From Deltaproteobacteria bacterium SM23_61 (GTDB lineage: Bacteria; Desulfobacterota; SM23-61), in assembly GCA_001304105.1 (NCBI GenBank), contig LJUR01000001.1:1-59053 (forward strand): a DNA stretch of 59,053 nt, in the 5' to 3' direction. The notes under the pieces were generated by a model. That model was not told where the DNA came from. It was given only the letters and a program-made list of their open reading frames with translations, and ran no database searches. How positions within the stretch are numbered: the stretch's first letter is position 1; each line of letters opens with the position of its first letter. The translations under genes were made by a program, and so were the position numbers. Positions 1-9,831 of this stretch are shown piece after piece.

Positions 1-354
1 TCCATCGGCTTTGCCGGCGTCGATCCCACGATCATGGGAGTGGGCCCGGTCCCCTCCACCAAGCGGGCGCTGAAGGCCGCCGGCCTCCAGGTGAAGGACA
101 TCGACTACTGGGAAATCAACGAGGCCTTTGCCATCGTGACCCTGTACAGCATCAAGGAATTGGGGATTGATCCGGAGCGGGTCAACGTGATGGGCGGCGG
201 CCTGGCCATCGGCCATCCCCTGGGAGCCACCGGCGTCCGCCTGACCGGTACCCTGGCCCGCATCCTTCAGGCCAAGAACGGCCGCTACGGCGTGGCCACC
301 GCCTGCTGCGGCGGAGGACAGGGAGTGGCGACGATTCTTGAGAGAGAACCCTAA
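1..354 (+). CDS. Thiolase (acetyl-CoA C-acyltransferase), C-terminal part, truncated by window edge
   Basis: Open frame from base 1; thiolase motifs [14 protein letters not shown] and C-terminal CCGGGQG. Confidence 0.93.
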   Translation, partial: SIGFAGVDPTIMGVGPVPSTKRALKAAGLQVKDIDYWEINEAFAIVTLYSIKELGIDPERVNVMGGGLAIGHPLGATGVRLTGTLARILQAKNGRYGVATACCGGGQGVATILEREP

Positions 355-357
355 ATA

Positions 358-433
358 CAGCGATCAGCGGTCAGCAGTCAGCGTTCAGCCAAGGGTCCAA
401 TGATGCCGGCTGATCGCTGACCGCTGAAAGCTT
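358..433. repeat. Inverted array of 7-bp tandem repeats (CAGCNNT / GCTGANC)
   Basis: cagcgat cagcggt cagcagt cagcgtt cagc followed by the complementary gctgatc gctgacc gctgaaa gct. Confidence 0.85.
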
Positions 434-452
434 CTTTTTAAGGAGGCATGAT

Positions 453-1328
453 ATGACCGTTAATGACATCAAAAAGATCTGCGTGGTGGGCGCGGGAAAC
501 ATGGGGCACCAGATCTCTCTCCTTTGCGCCATTCACGGGTACAAAACGACCTGTACGGACGTGGTCCCGGAGGTGCTGAAAAAGGCCGAAAAATTCGCCG
601 ACACCTACCTCCCGGGGCGGGTGGAAAAAGGGAAGATGACCAAGGAAGTGGCCGAGGCGGCGCGCAAGAACATCTCCTTCACCCAGGACCTGAAACAGGC
701 GGCCAAGGACGCGGACTTCGTCATCGAGGCGGTCCTGGAAATCCTCGACGTCAAACGGAAGCTCTTCTCCCAGCTCGACGAAGTGGCTCCGGCCCACGCC
801 ATCCTGGCCACCAACAGCTCCTACATCGTGAGCTCCCACATCGCTGACGCGACGAAACGGCCGGCGAAAGTGGTCAACATGCATTTCTTCAACCCTGCCC
901 TGGTCATGAAGCTCGTGGAGGTGGTCAAGGGTCCCCACGTCTCCGACGAGACAGCCAAGATTACCTATGAACTATCGGAGAAACTGGAGAAAATCCCGGT
1001 CCTCCTCCAGAAAGAGGTGGAGGGATTCTTGCTCAACCGGATCTTCCGGGTCATCCGAAATGAGGCGATCTGGATGCTGGAGATGGGAGTGGCCAGCTTC
1101 GAGGACATCGACAAAGCCTGCGTTTACGGCGCCGGCCACCCCATGGGCCCCTTCCGCCTGAATGACCTGACCGGGATCGACTTGAGTTACATCATGTCCA
1201 TGGAGCGCTTCAGAAAAACCGGCGACCCGGCCGACCTCCCCTCTCCCAGCGTGGTGGAAAGGTACCTGAAGGGCCATTACGGAGAAAAGACCGGCAAGGG
1301 CTGGTACGATTACACCCAGAAGAAATAG
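453..1328 (+). CDS. 3-hydroxyacyl-CoA (3-hydroxybutyryl-CoA) dehydrogenase
   Basis: GAGNMG Rossmann motif, VIEAV.E, ATNSS, MHFFNP, HPMGPF; AGGAGG RBS. Confidence 0.93.
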   Translation: MTVNDIKKICVVGAGNMGHQISLLCAIHGYKTTCTDVVPEVLKKAEKFADTYLPGRVEKGKMTKEVAEAARKNISFTQDLKQAAKDADFVIEAVLEILDVKRKLFSQLDEVAPAHAILATNSSYIVSSHIADATKRPAKVVNMHFFNPALVMKLVEVVKGPHVSDETAKITYELSEKLEKIPVLLQKEVEGFLLNRIFRVIRNEAIWMLEMGVASFEDIDKACVYGAGHPMGPFRLNDLTGIDLSYIMSMERFRKTGDPADLPSPSVVERYLKGHYGEKTGKGWYDYTQKK

Positions 1329-1441
1329 CCCGGAAGCAGAGAGCCGGGAGCTGAAGGCCGAGGCCGCTCCTGTCTCTCTGTTTTTTATTGCCCCCGGGGA
1401 ATGGAAAGAACCTTCGTATGCGTCGGGGATGAAGAGACGAA

Positions 1442-1719
1442 TTTCACCGCAGAGCAAACAAATTGGAATGCTCTGCGTCCTCCGCGCTCACTGCGGTTTG
1501 TGTTTTCTTTCCTTCGGGGGAATCAAAATCTTTCTCCCCCTGGATGCTCGGCAAATGAAGACAAGAGGATGAACGAAGAGAAAGCGGAGAGCACAGAGTC
1601 AATAAATTGGAATGCTGGAATGATGGAATAATGGGTGTAAATACTTTATTTTTGGCCATCATTCCAATATTCCATTCATCCATTATATCTTTTTTGCCTC
1701 TGCGATCTCTGCGGTGAAA
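1442..1719. repeat. MITE-like element with TTTCACCGCAGAG inverted ends and a nested inverted 8-mer (TGGAATNN) array
   Basis: TTTCACCGCAGAG at 1442-1454, complement CTCTGCGGTGAAA at 1707-1719; tggaatgc tggaatga tggaataa and complementary cattccaatattcca inside. Confidence 0.75.
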
Positions 1720-1752
1720 ATTCTTATCCCCTTTCTTTTCGAGGACTCATTC

Positions 1753-3313
1753 ATGCCTTTCGAAAAAGAACTTGAAGAGCTGAAACGGCGCAAAGAGAAG
1801 GCCCTCCAGATGGGAGGGCCGGAGAAAATCAAGCGCCAGCATGAGAAGGGAAAGCTCACCGCCCGGGAGCGGATCGCCCGCCTGCTGGACCCGGACACCT
1901 TCTTCGAAGTGGGAATTCTGAACACCTCCGACATGCCGGGAATGGAAGACAAGACCCCCGCGGACAGCAAGATCGGCGGGTTCGGCAAGATCGACGGACG
2001 GACCGTGGCCGTAGTGGCCAATGATTTCACCGTCCTGGCCGCCACCTCCAGCCGGGTGGCGGGACACAAAGAGGGAGAAATCAAGGGGCAGGCCGTCCGC
2101 CGCGGTTTCCCGACCATCTACCTGGGAGAGGCCGGGGGGGCCCGCATGCCGGATATCATGGGCGCCAAGGGACTGGCCTCCATAGGCGGAGGGGGTTTCG
2201 ACACCTTCCTCCAACTCATGAGCCGGGTTCGGAAATCTCCCATGATCACCGCCATCCTGGGCGAGTGCTACGGCATGCCCACCTGGATGGCCTGCCTTTC
2301 CGATTTCGTAATCCAGGTGAAGGGAAGCGCCATGGCCGTCTCCGGCCCGCGGGTTCTGGAACTGGCCATCAGCGAGAAGATCACCGACGAGGATCTGGGC
2401 GGCTGGAAAGTGCACGCCCAGGTCACCGGCAACAGCGACCGGGTGGCGGAGACGGAGGAGGAATGTTTCGCCCTCATCCGGGATTTCGTATCCTACCTGC
2501 CTTCCCACTGCGACGAGCCCCCTCCGCGCAAACCCGTCCCCGAGGGCTCGGGCAGCCGCATGGACCGGATCCTGGACCTGCTCCCGGAAAAGAGGAACCG
2601 GGTGTATGATATGAACAAGATCCTCCAGACCCTCGTGGATGGAGGAATCCTCTTTCCCCTCAAACCCCTCTTCGGCAAGTGCGTGATCACTTCCCTGGCC
2701 AGAATGGACGGGCGGGTGGTGGGGATCGTAGCCAGCCAGCCCTGGTTCAACGCCGGGGCCATGGATACGGACGGCATCGATAAGGTCATGAGCTTCCTGG
2801 TCCTGTGCGACTCCTTCAACATTCCGGTCCTTTTTTTTCACGATACCCCCGGCTTTCTGGTGGGAAAAGAGGCGGAACGGAACCGGGTGGGAGCCCGGGT
2901 GATGAACTACATGAACGTTCTGGGCCAGATGACCGTGCCCCGGGTCGCAGTTATCGTGCGCAAGACTTACGGAATGGCTTACTGGAACCTGGGCGGTTCG
3001 GGTTGTGCCACGGACTTTCTGGTGGCCTGGCCCACGGCGGAAATGAGCTTCGTAGACCCCGAGATCGCCGCCAACGTGGTCTTCGCCGGAAAAATCCAGG
3101 ACTCCGGAGCTGGCCGCCCAAAAGGAAAAGTTCATCCAGCAGATGATCGAGGACAGCCGGCCGTACCCGGCCGCGGGGATGCATTATATCCATGATGTCA
3201 TCGACCCGAGGGAGACCCGCGACTACATCATCCGGGCCCTGGAGATCAGCGAGGATCGGCGAACCGGGGGGGTCGGCCAGCACCGGCTGGCCAACTGGCC
3301 GACGAAGTTTTAA
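1753..3313 (+). pseudogene. Acyl-CoA carboxylase/decarboxylase carboxyltransferase subunit with a frameshift near 3105 (real or assembly error)
   Basis: GKLTARERI, GGARM, DTPGFL.G, WPTAE motifs; the C-terminus (IHDVIDPRETRDYII...HRLANWPTKF*) continues in another frame to TAA 3311-3313. Confidence 0.8.
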
Positions 3314-3503
3314 CCCGTTGCCGGTTTTCGTTTACCAGTTGCCAGCTAAAGAATAAATACGATTGTCGGGAGGGGCGATCACCATCATGGGGTTCCAAGG
3401 GAAGAGGTTTTTAAACCGGGAACGGGGAACCGGCAACATGCAACCTGAGAACCCGGTGTCTCCCATGGATGAATATTCAAGGGGATTGCGAGGGAGCTGA
3501 GGC

Positions 3504-4505
3504 ATGGAGGAAATCACCCACCGTTTCGTCGAAACCAACGGCATCCGCATGCACATCGCGGAAAGGGGGAAGGGCCCTCTGGTCATCCTCACCCACGGCT
3601 TTCCGGAACTCTGGTATTCCTGGCGGTACCAGATGGTTTCCCTGGCCAAAGCAGGTTTCCATGCCGTTGCTCCGGACCAGCGCGGCTACGGGCAGACGGA
3701 CCGGCCGGAGCCGATCGAGGCCTACGATATTTTTCAGCTCACCGGCGACATCGTGGGCCTGGTGAACGCCCTGGGTGAAGACCGGGCGGCGATCATCGGT
3801 CATGACTGGGGCTCTGTAGTTGCCTACCACTGCACCCTCTTTCGCCCGGACCTTTTTCCAGCCGTCGCCCTCCTCAGCGTCCCCTTCCTGCCCCGGGTGG
3901 GCGGAAACATTTCCCCCACGGAGATCATGAAGAAGATTTACGGTGAAGAAGTGTTCTACCAGGTCTATTTCCAGGAGCCGGGGAAGGCGGAAGCGGATAT
4001 GGAAGCCGATATTCGCAAAACGATGTTGAGCATCCTGTTTTCCCTGTCGGGGAGCGCGCCCCCGGAAAAGCGCTGGCGGTACGTGTACCGCAAATCGGAA
4101 AAGCTCCTGGATACCTATTTTCTACCCGAAAAGCCCCCCGATTGGCTGGCCGAGAAAGACATCAGCTACTTTGTTCACGAATTCCAGCGGACCGGTTTCC
4201 GGGGCGGCCTCAACTGGTACCGGAACATCGACCGGGGCTGGGCCTTGACTCCTTTCCTCGAAGGGGCGAAGCTTCGGCAGCCCTGTCTTTTCATAGCCGG
4301 AGAGATGGACCCGGTCATCCGGATGTACCGAAAACCGCTGGAATCGCTCGAAACGAGCGTTCCCAATTTGAAAGGGAAAGCGATCCTCCCGGGAGCAGGT
4401 CACTGGGTGAACCAGGAACGGCCGGAGGAAGTGAATCAGCTGCTGGTTAAGTTTCTGAAATCCCTCTCTCTCCTTCCTTCTCCTTCTCCACCCGAGGTGG
4501 CCTGA
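3504..4505 (+). CDS. Alpha/beta hydrolase, soluble epoxide hydrolase family
   Basis: HGFPE, GHDWG nucleophile elbow, LNWYRN, GAGHW catalytic His. Confidence 0.9.
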   Translation: MEEITHRFVETNGIRMHIAERGKGPLVILTHGFPELWYSWRYQMVSLAKAGFHAVAPDQRGYGQTDRPEPIEAYDIFQLTGDIVGLVNALGEDRAAIIGHDWGSVVAYHCTLFRPDLFPAVALLSVPFLPRVGGNISPTEIMKKIYGEEVFYQVYFQEPGKAEADMEADIRKTMLSILFSLSGSAPPEKRWRYVYRKSEKLLDTYFLPEKPPDWLAEKDISYFVHEFQRTGFRGGLNWYRNIDRGWALTPFLEGAKLRQPCLFIAGEMDPVIRMYRKPLESLETSVPNLKGKAILPGAGHWVNQERPEEVNQLLVKFLKSLSLLPSPSPPEVA

Positions 4506-4546
4506 AAAGAAGGACCGGCAGGAAAGGATTGGCTATAAAAGGAGTA

Positions 4547-4628
4547 TCGTTATACGTTATTCGTTATTCGTTATTCGTTATTTGCTCTATGCTCTATGCT
4601 CTATGCTCTTTGCTCTATGCTCTATGCG
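4547..4628. repeat. Two adjacent 7-bp tandem arrays (TCGTTAT x5, GCTCTAT x6)
   Basis: Directly visible tandem heptamers. Confidence 0.9.
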
Positions 4629-4656
4629 TATTTTATTAAACAGCGGGAGGTAGCCT

Positions 4657-5409
4657 ATGGATTTCTCGTTAAAGAACAAGGTCGCACTCATCACCGGAGC
4701 CAGCCGCGGGATCGGAGAGGCGGTCGCCAGGGGGCTGGCGCAAGCCGGCGCGGACCTGGCCATCGCCAGCCGGAAACTCCCCGATTTGGAAAAGGTTGCT
4801 GCGGGAGTCACCAAGACGGGAAGAAAGTGCCTTCCCGTGGCAGCCCATGTGGGCCGGACGGAAGAGATTCAAAACCTGGTCAAGAAAGTCGTGGGGGAAT
4901 TCGGGAGGATCGACATCCTGGTGAACAACGCGGCCACCAACCCCACCATGGCCCAGGCCCTGGACGTGGACGAGCGCGCCTGGGATTCCATCATGAACCT
5001 CAACCTCAAAGGCCTCTTCTTCCTGAGCCAGGCCGTGGCCCGGGTGATGAAGGAAAAGGGGGGCGGGAAGATCATCAACGTCTCCTCCATCGCCGGGATC
5101 AGTCCGGACCTGCTCCCCATCTATTCCATCAGCAAAGCGGCCGTGATCATGGCCACCAAGGTCATGGCCATGCAGTGGGCCCAGTATAACATCCGCGCCA
5201 ATTGCATCGCCCCCGGGCTCACCAAGACCAAGTTCAGCGAGGCCCTCTGGAATAATCCCGATATCCTGAAACCGGCCATGGCCCTCACCCCCATGGGCAG
5301 GGTGGGCGAGCCTGAAGAAATGGTCGGGGCCGTCCTCTACCTCGCTTCGGACGCGTCGAGCTACGTGACCGGGCAAGTCATCGCCATCGACGGCGGCAAA
5401 ACCATATAG
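4657..5409 (+). CDS. Short-chain dehydrogenase/reductase (SDR)
   Basis: TGASRGIG, NNA, YxxxK (YSISK). Confidence 0.92.
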   Translation: MDFSLKNKVALITGASRGIGEAVARGLAQAGADLAIASRKLPDLEKVAAGVTKTGRKCLPVAAHVGRTEEIQNLVKKVVGEFGRIDILVNNAATNPTMAQALDVDERAWDSIMNLNLKGLFFLSQAVARVMKEKGGGKIINVSSIAGISPDLLPIYSISKAAVIMATKVMAMQWAQYNIRANCIAPGLTKTKFSEALWNNPDILKPAMALTPMGRVGEPEEMVGAVLYLASDASSYVTGQVIAIDGGKTI

Positions 5410-5504
5410 TCCGCCGGCGCCTGCCAGGCCTAGCGACGTTGACGGGTCGAAAAGCAGAAGTTACAAATCCCGAAACCCGAAATGCACAGGAGGAGGTTTC
5501 CATC

Positions 5505-6314
5505 ATGTTCGATCTCTCAAAATTCTCCCTGAAGGGTAAAATCGCCATCGTCACCGGGGGCGGCCGCGGAATCGGAAAGGCTGTAGCCCAGGGGTTCGCC
5601 AAGGCCGGGGCCAGGGTGGCCATCACCAGCCGCAAGATCAACGACCTGGAAGCCACCGCCGCGGAGATCAAAGCTTTCGGAGGGGAGGCCCTTCCGGTCC
5701 AGGCCCACCTGGCCAAGCTGGAGGAGATCAACCGCATGATCGATACGGTGATGGGCAATTTCGGCCGGATCGACATTCTGGTGAACAACGCCGGCACCAG
5801 CCCGGCCATGGGCTCGGTGCTGGATTCAGACGAGCGCCTCTGGGATACGGTCATAAACTTGAATCTCAAAGGGCTTTATTACACCAGCCAGGCGGTCGCC
5901 CGGGTGATGAAGAAGCAGGGGGGCGGCCGAATCATCAACATCGCCTCCATCGACGGTTTCAAGCCGGAACCCGGGGTCAGCATTTACAGCATCTCCAAGG
6001 CCGGGGTACGCATGGTGACCCAGGCTTTTGCCGCCGAGCTGGCCCCTTTTCACATCCGGGTGAACACCATCGCCCCCGGGCCCATCAGCACCAAGTTGCT
6101 GGATTCCCACTGGTTCCATCTTCCTCCCGAGGAGGCCCAAAAAGCCAAAGAAGCGCTGGGCAAATTGACTCCCCTGGGACGGGTGGGAGAGCCCGACGAA
6201 ATCGCCGGCGCGGCGATCTACCTGGCTTCTGACGCCTCCAGCTACACCACCGGGGCCGAGATCGTCGTCGACGGCGGGATCCTGCAGGGGGTCACCGCTC
6301 CGGGAATTCTGTGA
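5505..6314 (+). CDS. Short-chain dehydrogenase/reductase (SDR), tandem paralog
   Basis: TGGGRGIG, NNAG, YSISK; ATG 5505 after AGGAGG. Confidence 0.92.
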   Translation: MFDLSKFSLKGKIAIVTGGGRGIGKAVAQGFAKAGARVAITSRKINDLEATAAEIKAFGGEALPVQAHLAKLEEINRMIDTVMGNFGRIDILVNNAGTSPAMGSVLDSDERLWDTVINLNLKGLYYTSQAVARVMKKQGGGRIINIASIDGFKPEPGVSIYSISKAGVRMVTQAFAAELAPFHIRVNTIAPGPISTKLLDSHWFHLPPEEAQKAKEALGKLTPLGRVGEPDEIAGAAIYLASDASSYTTGAEIVVDGGILQGVTAPGIL

Positions 6315-6552
6315 AGGCGTATAGGGCCTAAAGCGGAGAGCAGAGAGTTCTCCATCGTTCTGTTCCCCCATCCCCAATGCGGGGGCGGGGGAAAATGGGT
6401 TTTCTCTACATCAAACTCTTCCCAAAGACATGGAATCCCGATCCTGAAAAATATCCAGATTAAGATCGTTCCCTAATTATTTTAAATACTTAGACCAAAA
6501 ATCAGACGGGCAGAGTGTCACTTAAGGGCTATGGGAAACAGCCAAAATTGTG

Positions 6553-6582
6553 TTGACCCATCGTGATTTTGAATGCTAAAAT
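6553..6582 (+). promoter_or_regulatory. Putative sigma70 promoter of the carD operon
   Basis: TTGACC-18 nt-TAAAAT with extended -10 TG, 35 bp upstream of the carD ATG. Confidence 0.55.
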
Positions 6583-6616
6583 AGCTATGTAAGCTTAGCT
6601 GCAGGGAGGCGGGGCG

Positions 6617-7099
6617 ATGTTTAAAATTGGCGACAAGGCGGTCTATCCTGCGCATGGAGTGGGGATTATAGAAGACATCCAATGCAAGGTGATCGGCGGT
6701 TGTAAACGGACGTTTTACGTCCTGCGGATCCTCGAAAAGGACATGACCATCATGATCCCTAAGGATAACGTCCAAAATGTGGGATTGCGTGAAATCATCC
6801 AAAAAAAAGAGATTCCCAAGGTCATCCGGATTCTTTCGGAAAAGAACGGAAAAGTGGATTGTCAGACCTGGAACCGCCGGTACCGGGAATACATGGAGAA
6901 GATCAAATCCGGGTCGGTCTTTGAGGTAGCCGAGGTCCTCCGCGACCTCTTTCACCTGAAGTGCGACAAAGACCTTTCCTTCGGGGAGAGGCAAATGCTG
7001 GATCTGGCTCAAAACCTCCTGGTCAAGGAACTCGCCATCGCTAAAAACATATCCGAAGACAAGATGCGCACCCGTCTGCTGAGCATCTTCAGCGTCTGA
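6617..7099 (+). CDS. carD: CarD/CdnL family RNA-polymerase-binding transcription factor
   Basis: FKIGDKAVYPAHGVG N-terminus, WNRRYRE motif; upstream of PIN/TRAM-ispD-ispF. Confidence 0.92.
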   Translation: MFKIGDKAVYPAHGVGIIEDIQCKVIGGCKRTFYVLRILEKDMTIMIPKDNVQNVGLREIIQKKEIPKVIRILSEKNGKVDCQTWNRRYREYMEKIKSGSVFEVAEVLRDLFHLKCDKDLSFGERQMLDLAQNLLVKELAIAKNISEDKMRTRLLSIFSV

Positions 7100-7145
7100 A
7101 GCTTCACCCTTTTTAAAAATTCCAGAAGAAAGGAGGTGAAAAGCA

Positions 7146-8189
7146 GTGGGGTTGCTTATTCTCCGGGTCCTGCTTTTGGCCGCCACCGGGGCGAGTGGAT
7201 ACCTATTGACCCAGCAGCTGGCCTCCTTCCCCGGGGCCGGGCTTGCGGGGATCGGTGCGGGACTGGCCTTGGGACTGCTGGTCATCCTCATCGAACGCAG
7301 CATTCGGCGGGTCCCTTTCAAAGTCACCATCGGCGGAGCCATCGGTTTTATTCTGGGCCTGATGCTGGCCAATGTCCTTATCAATTCTTTTTTCTCCGGA
7401 ATCCTGGAAGGACTGGGCATTCAATTCTCCAGCTATTTCCTGGTCAACAGTGTCCTGGGTTATTTAGGCCTTCTCCTGGGTTTGAAGAAAGGAAAGGAAT
7501 TCGACGCTTCCCGTCTCCCCTGGGTCTCCAAGAGGGTAGGCCCGGGATTCGACGGCCATAAAGTTTTGGATACCAGCGTGATCATCGACGGGCGTATCGC
7601 CGACATCTGCGATACGGGGTTCGTGGAGGGAACCTTCATCATCCCCCAGTTCATCCTCCAGGAGCTGCAGCACATCGCCGACTCCTCCGACCCTTTGAAG
7701 CGCGGAAGGGGGCGCAGGGGTTTGGATGTTCTCAACCGAATTCAGAAGCAATCCACCCTGGAGGTCAAGATCGTCGATCAGGACTATCCGAAGATTCAGG
7801 AGGTGGATGCCAAACTGATCGCTCTGGCCAAAGACACCCACGCCAAGATCGTGACCAACGACTTCAACCTGAACAAAGTCGCGGAACTTCAGGGCGTACC
7901 GGTACTCAACATCAACCAGCTCTTCAACGCCCTCAAACCCGTGGTGCTCTTCAACGCCCTCAAACCCGTGGTTCTGCCCGGCGAAGTCATGAACGTGAAG
8001 ATCCTGAAGGAAGGGAAGGAGCCCGGGCAGGGAGTCGCCTATCTGGACGACGGCACCATGGTGATCGTGGATAACGCCCGCCGGTATATGGGCAAGAGCG
8101 TGGACGTTACCGTCACCAGTGTTCTTCAGACCACGGCCGGCCGGATGATCTTCACCATTCTGAAAGAAGACGCTCCGGAAAGCTTTTAA
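7146..8189 (+). CDS. Membrane PIN/TRAM domain protein (YacL-like)
   Basis: N-terminal TM helices, [30 protein letters not shown]; conserved neighbourhood. Confidence 0.9.
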   Translation: MGLLILRVLLLAATGASGYLLTQQLASFPGAGLAGIGAGLALGLLVILIERSIRRVPFKVTIGGAIGFILGLMLANVLINSFFSGILEGLGIQFSSYFLVNSVLGYLGLLLGLKKGKEFDASRLPWVSKRVGPGFDGHKVLDTSVIIDGRIADICDTGFVEGTFIIPQFILQELQHIADSSDPLKRGRGRRGLDVLNRIQKQSTLEVKIVDQDYPKIQEVDAKLIALAKDTHAKIVTNDFNLNKVAELQGVPVLNINQLFNALKPVVLFNALKPVVLPGEVMNVKILKEGKEPGQGVAYLDDGTMVIVDNARRYMGKSVDVTVTSVLQTTAGRMIFTILKEDAPESF

Positions 8190-8341
8190 CAGACTTTCTC
8201 GCACTGATTCGTACCCCTCAGGGATGAAAAAGAAAGAACCCAGGATGCCAATCCATCCTGGGTTCTCTTTATGGTTGCCCCGGCCCTGCGCCCGTCATCT
8301 GCGCGCGGGCCGGGGACATCCAGGGGCCAGGGAGAAGGAGA

Positions 8342-9031
8342 TTGAGGGTCGCGGCCTTGATTCCCGCAGCCGGTCGGGGGAAGAGAATGGGAGCGGAAGA
8401 ACCCAAGGCCTTCCTTCCTCTGGGAGACCGTCCCATCTGGGTCCACACGCTACAGAAATTTGAAGATTGCCCCCAGGTGGATGAGGTCCTGGCACTCCTT
8501 CCCCCGGGGGAAGAGATAGCTCGGGCGGGAGAAACTGTCCGCCGCTTCGGCCTGACCAAGGTTTCCCATATCCTTCCGGGAGGAGAAGAACGGCAGGATT
8601 CGGTTTACCGGGGGCTGCAGGCCCTCCGGGGAAAAGCCGATTGGGTCATCATCCACGATGGGGTTCGGCCCTTTGTTCCCCTGGAGTTGATCCAGCGGGT
8701 TCTTTCGGAGACCCGCCGCTGGAAAGCGGTTGTGGTTGCGCTCCCGGCAAATGAAACCGTCAAGGAAGTTTCTCTGGAAAATGAAGTGGTAAGAACCGTG
8801 GACCGTCGCCGCCTCTGGATCATCCAAACCCCCCAGTCTTTCGAGTATCCCTTGATCCTCCGGGCCCACGAAGAAGCCCGGCGAGAAGGATTTTTCGGGA
8901 CGGACGATGCCTCCCTGGTCGAGCGCCTGGGCATTCCGGTGAAGATCCTGCACGGTTCCAGGTTCAATTTTAAAATCACAACGCCAGAGGACCTGGTGTT
9001 GGCGGAAGCGCTTTTGAAACACCTTAACTAA
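8342..9031 (+). CDS. ispD: 2-C-methyl-D-erythritol 4-phosphate cytidylyltransferase
   Basis: AAGRGKRM, IHDGVRP, QTPQ, TDDAS, KITTPED. Confidence 0.95.
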   Translation: MRVAALIPAAGRGKRMGAEEPKAFLPLGDRPIWVHTLQKFEDCPQVDEVLALLPPGEEIARAGETVRRFGLTKVSHILPGGEERQDSVYRGLQALRGKADWVIIHDGVRPFVPLELIQRVLSETRRWKAVVVALPANETVKEVSLENEVVRTVDRRRLWIIQTPQSFEYPLILRAHEEARREGFFGTDDASLVERLGIPVKILHGSRFNFKITTPEDLVLAEALLKHLN

Positions 9032-9120
9032 AGTTTCGCGTTTCGGGTTCCGATTTTCGAGTTAAAAAACCAATCGTCTGTTTTCTTGAACCCGAAACAT
9101 GAAACTCGCAATTCGAAACG
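9032..9120. repeat. Inverted degenerate 7-bp repeat array (GTTTCGN / CGAAAC)
   Basis: gtttcgc gtttcgg gttccga ttttcga then ccgaaac atgaaac tcgcaat tcgaaac. Confidence 0.7.
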
Positions 9121-9131
9121 GTTTTTATTCT

Positions 9132-9608
9132 ATGAGAATCGGTTTCGGCTATGACATCCATCCCCTGGTCGAGGGTCGGAAGCTGATCCTGGGCGGGGTG
9201 GAGATTCCTTTCGAGAAAGGCCCGCAGGGTCATTCGGATGCCGATGTACTCCTCCATGCCATATGCGACGGGATTCTGGGAGCCTTGGGGGAAGGGGACA
9301 TCGGAACGCATTTCCCCGATTCCGACCCGCGATTCAAAGGAGTTTCCAGCGTAGAGTTGCTTCGAGCCGTAGCCGCCAAGATGGCGGAGAAGAATTTGGT
9401 CATCGGAAACCTGGATAGTACGGTGGTCGCTGAAAGGCCCAGGATCCAGCCCTTCATTCCCCGGATGAAAGAACAAATCGCCGGAGCCTTGAGGGTTTCT
9501 TCCCAGCGGATCAACATCAAAGCCACGACCTCCGAGGGACTTGGCTTCATCGGAGAGGGAAAGGGCATGGCGGCCTATGCCGTCGTGCTCTTGAAAGAAA
9601 AGACCTGA
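9132..9608 (+). CDS. ispF: 2-C-methyl-D-erythritol 2,4-cyclodiphosphate synthase
   Basis: RIGFGYDIH, HSDADV, GDIG.HFPD, KATT.EGLG. Confidence 0.96.
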   Translation: MRIGFGYDIHPLVEGRKLILGGVEIPFEKGPQGHSDADVLLHAICDGILGALGEGDIGTHFPDSDPRFKGVSSVELLRAVAAKMAEKNLVIGNLDSTVVAERPRIQPFIPRMKEQIAGALRVSSQRINIKATTSEGLGFIGEGKGMAAYAVVLLKEKT

Positions 9609-9614
9609 TATTTT

Positions 9615-9822
9615 CAACGCGGAGACCGCCTAGAAACAATTGATATAAAATCGAATCTCGAAGATCAAAATCCGAAAAAAAATTCAAACTCTCAATGCCC
9701 AAAATTCTCCGTCGTCTTTTTTTTGAAAATTTCGATTTCGGAAATCCGTACTTGTTTCGAATTTCGTGCTTCGAATTTCGAATTTTTTCATCTTCTATAT
9801 TTTGCGGGCTCTGCGGTAAAGA
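9615..9822. repeat. Degenerate inverted TTTCGAA-type heptamer arrays with CTCTGCGGT-type end
   Basis: aaatcgaatctcgaa...tccgaaa versus tttcgaatttcgtgcttcgaatttcgaattt; ends in gctctgcggtaaa. Confidence 0.6.
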
Positions 9823-9831
9823 ATAAAATCT

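Noticed and set aside
3095-3125. Programmed ribosomal frameshift in the carboxyltransferase
   Set aside because: No slippery heptamer or stimulatory structure at the shift point
4547-4628. CRISPR array at this or other repeat clusters
   Set aside because: Units are 7-9 bp without unique spacers; no cas genes
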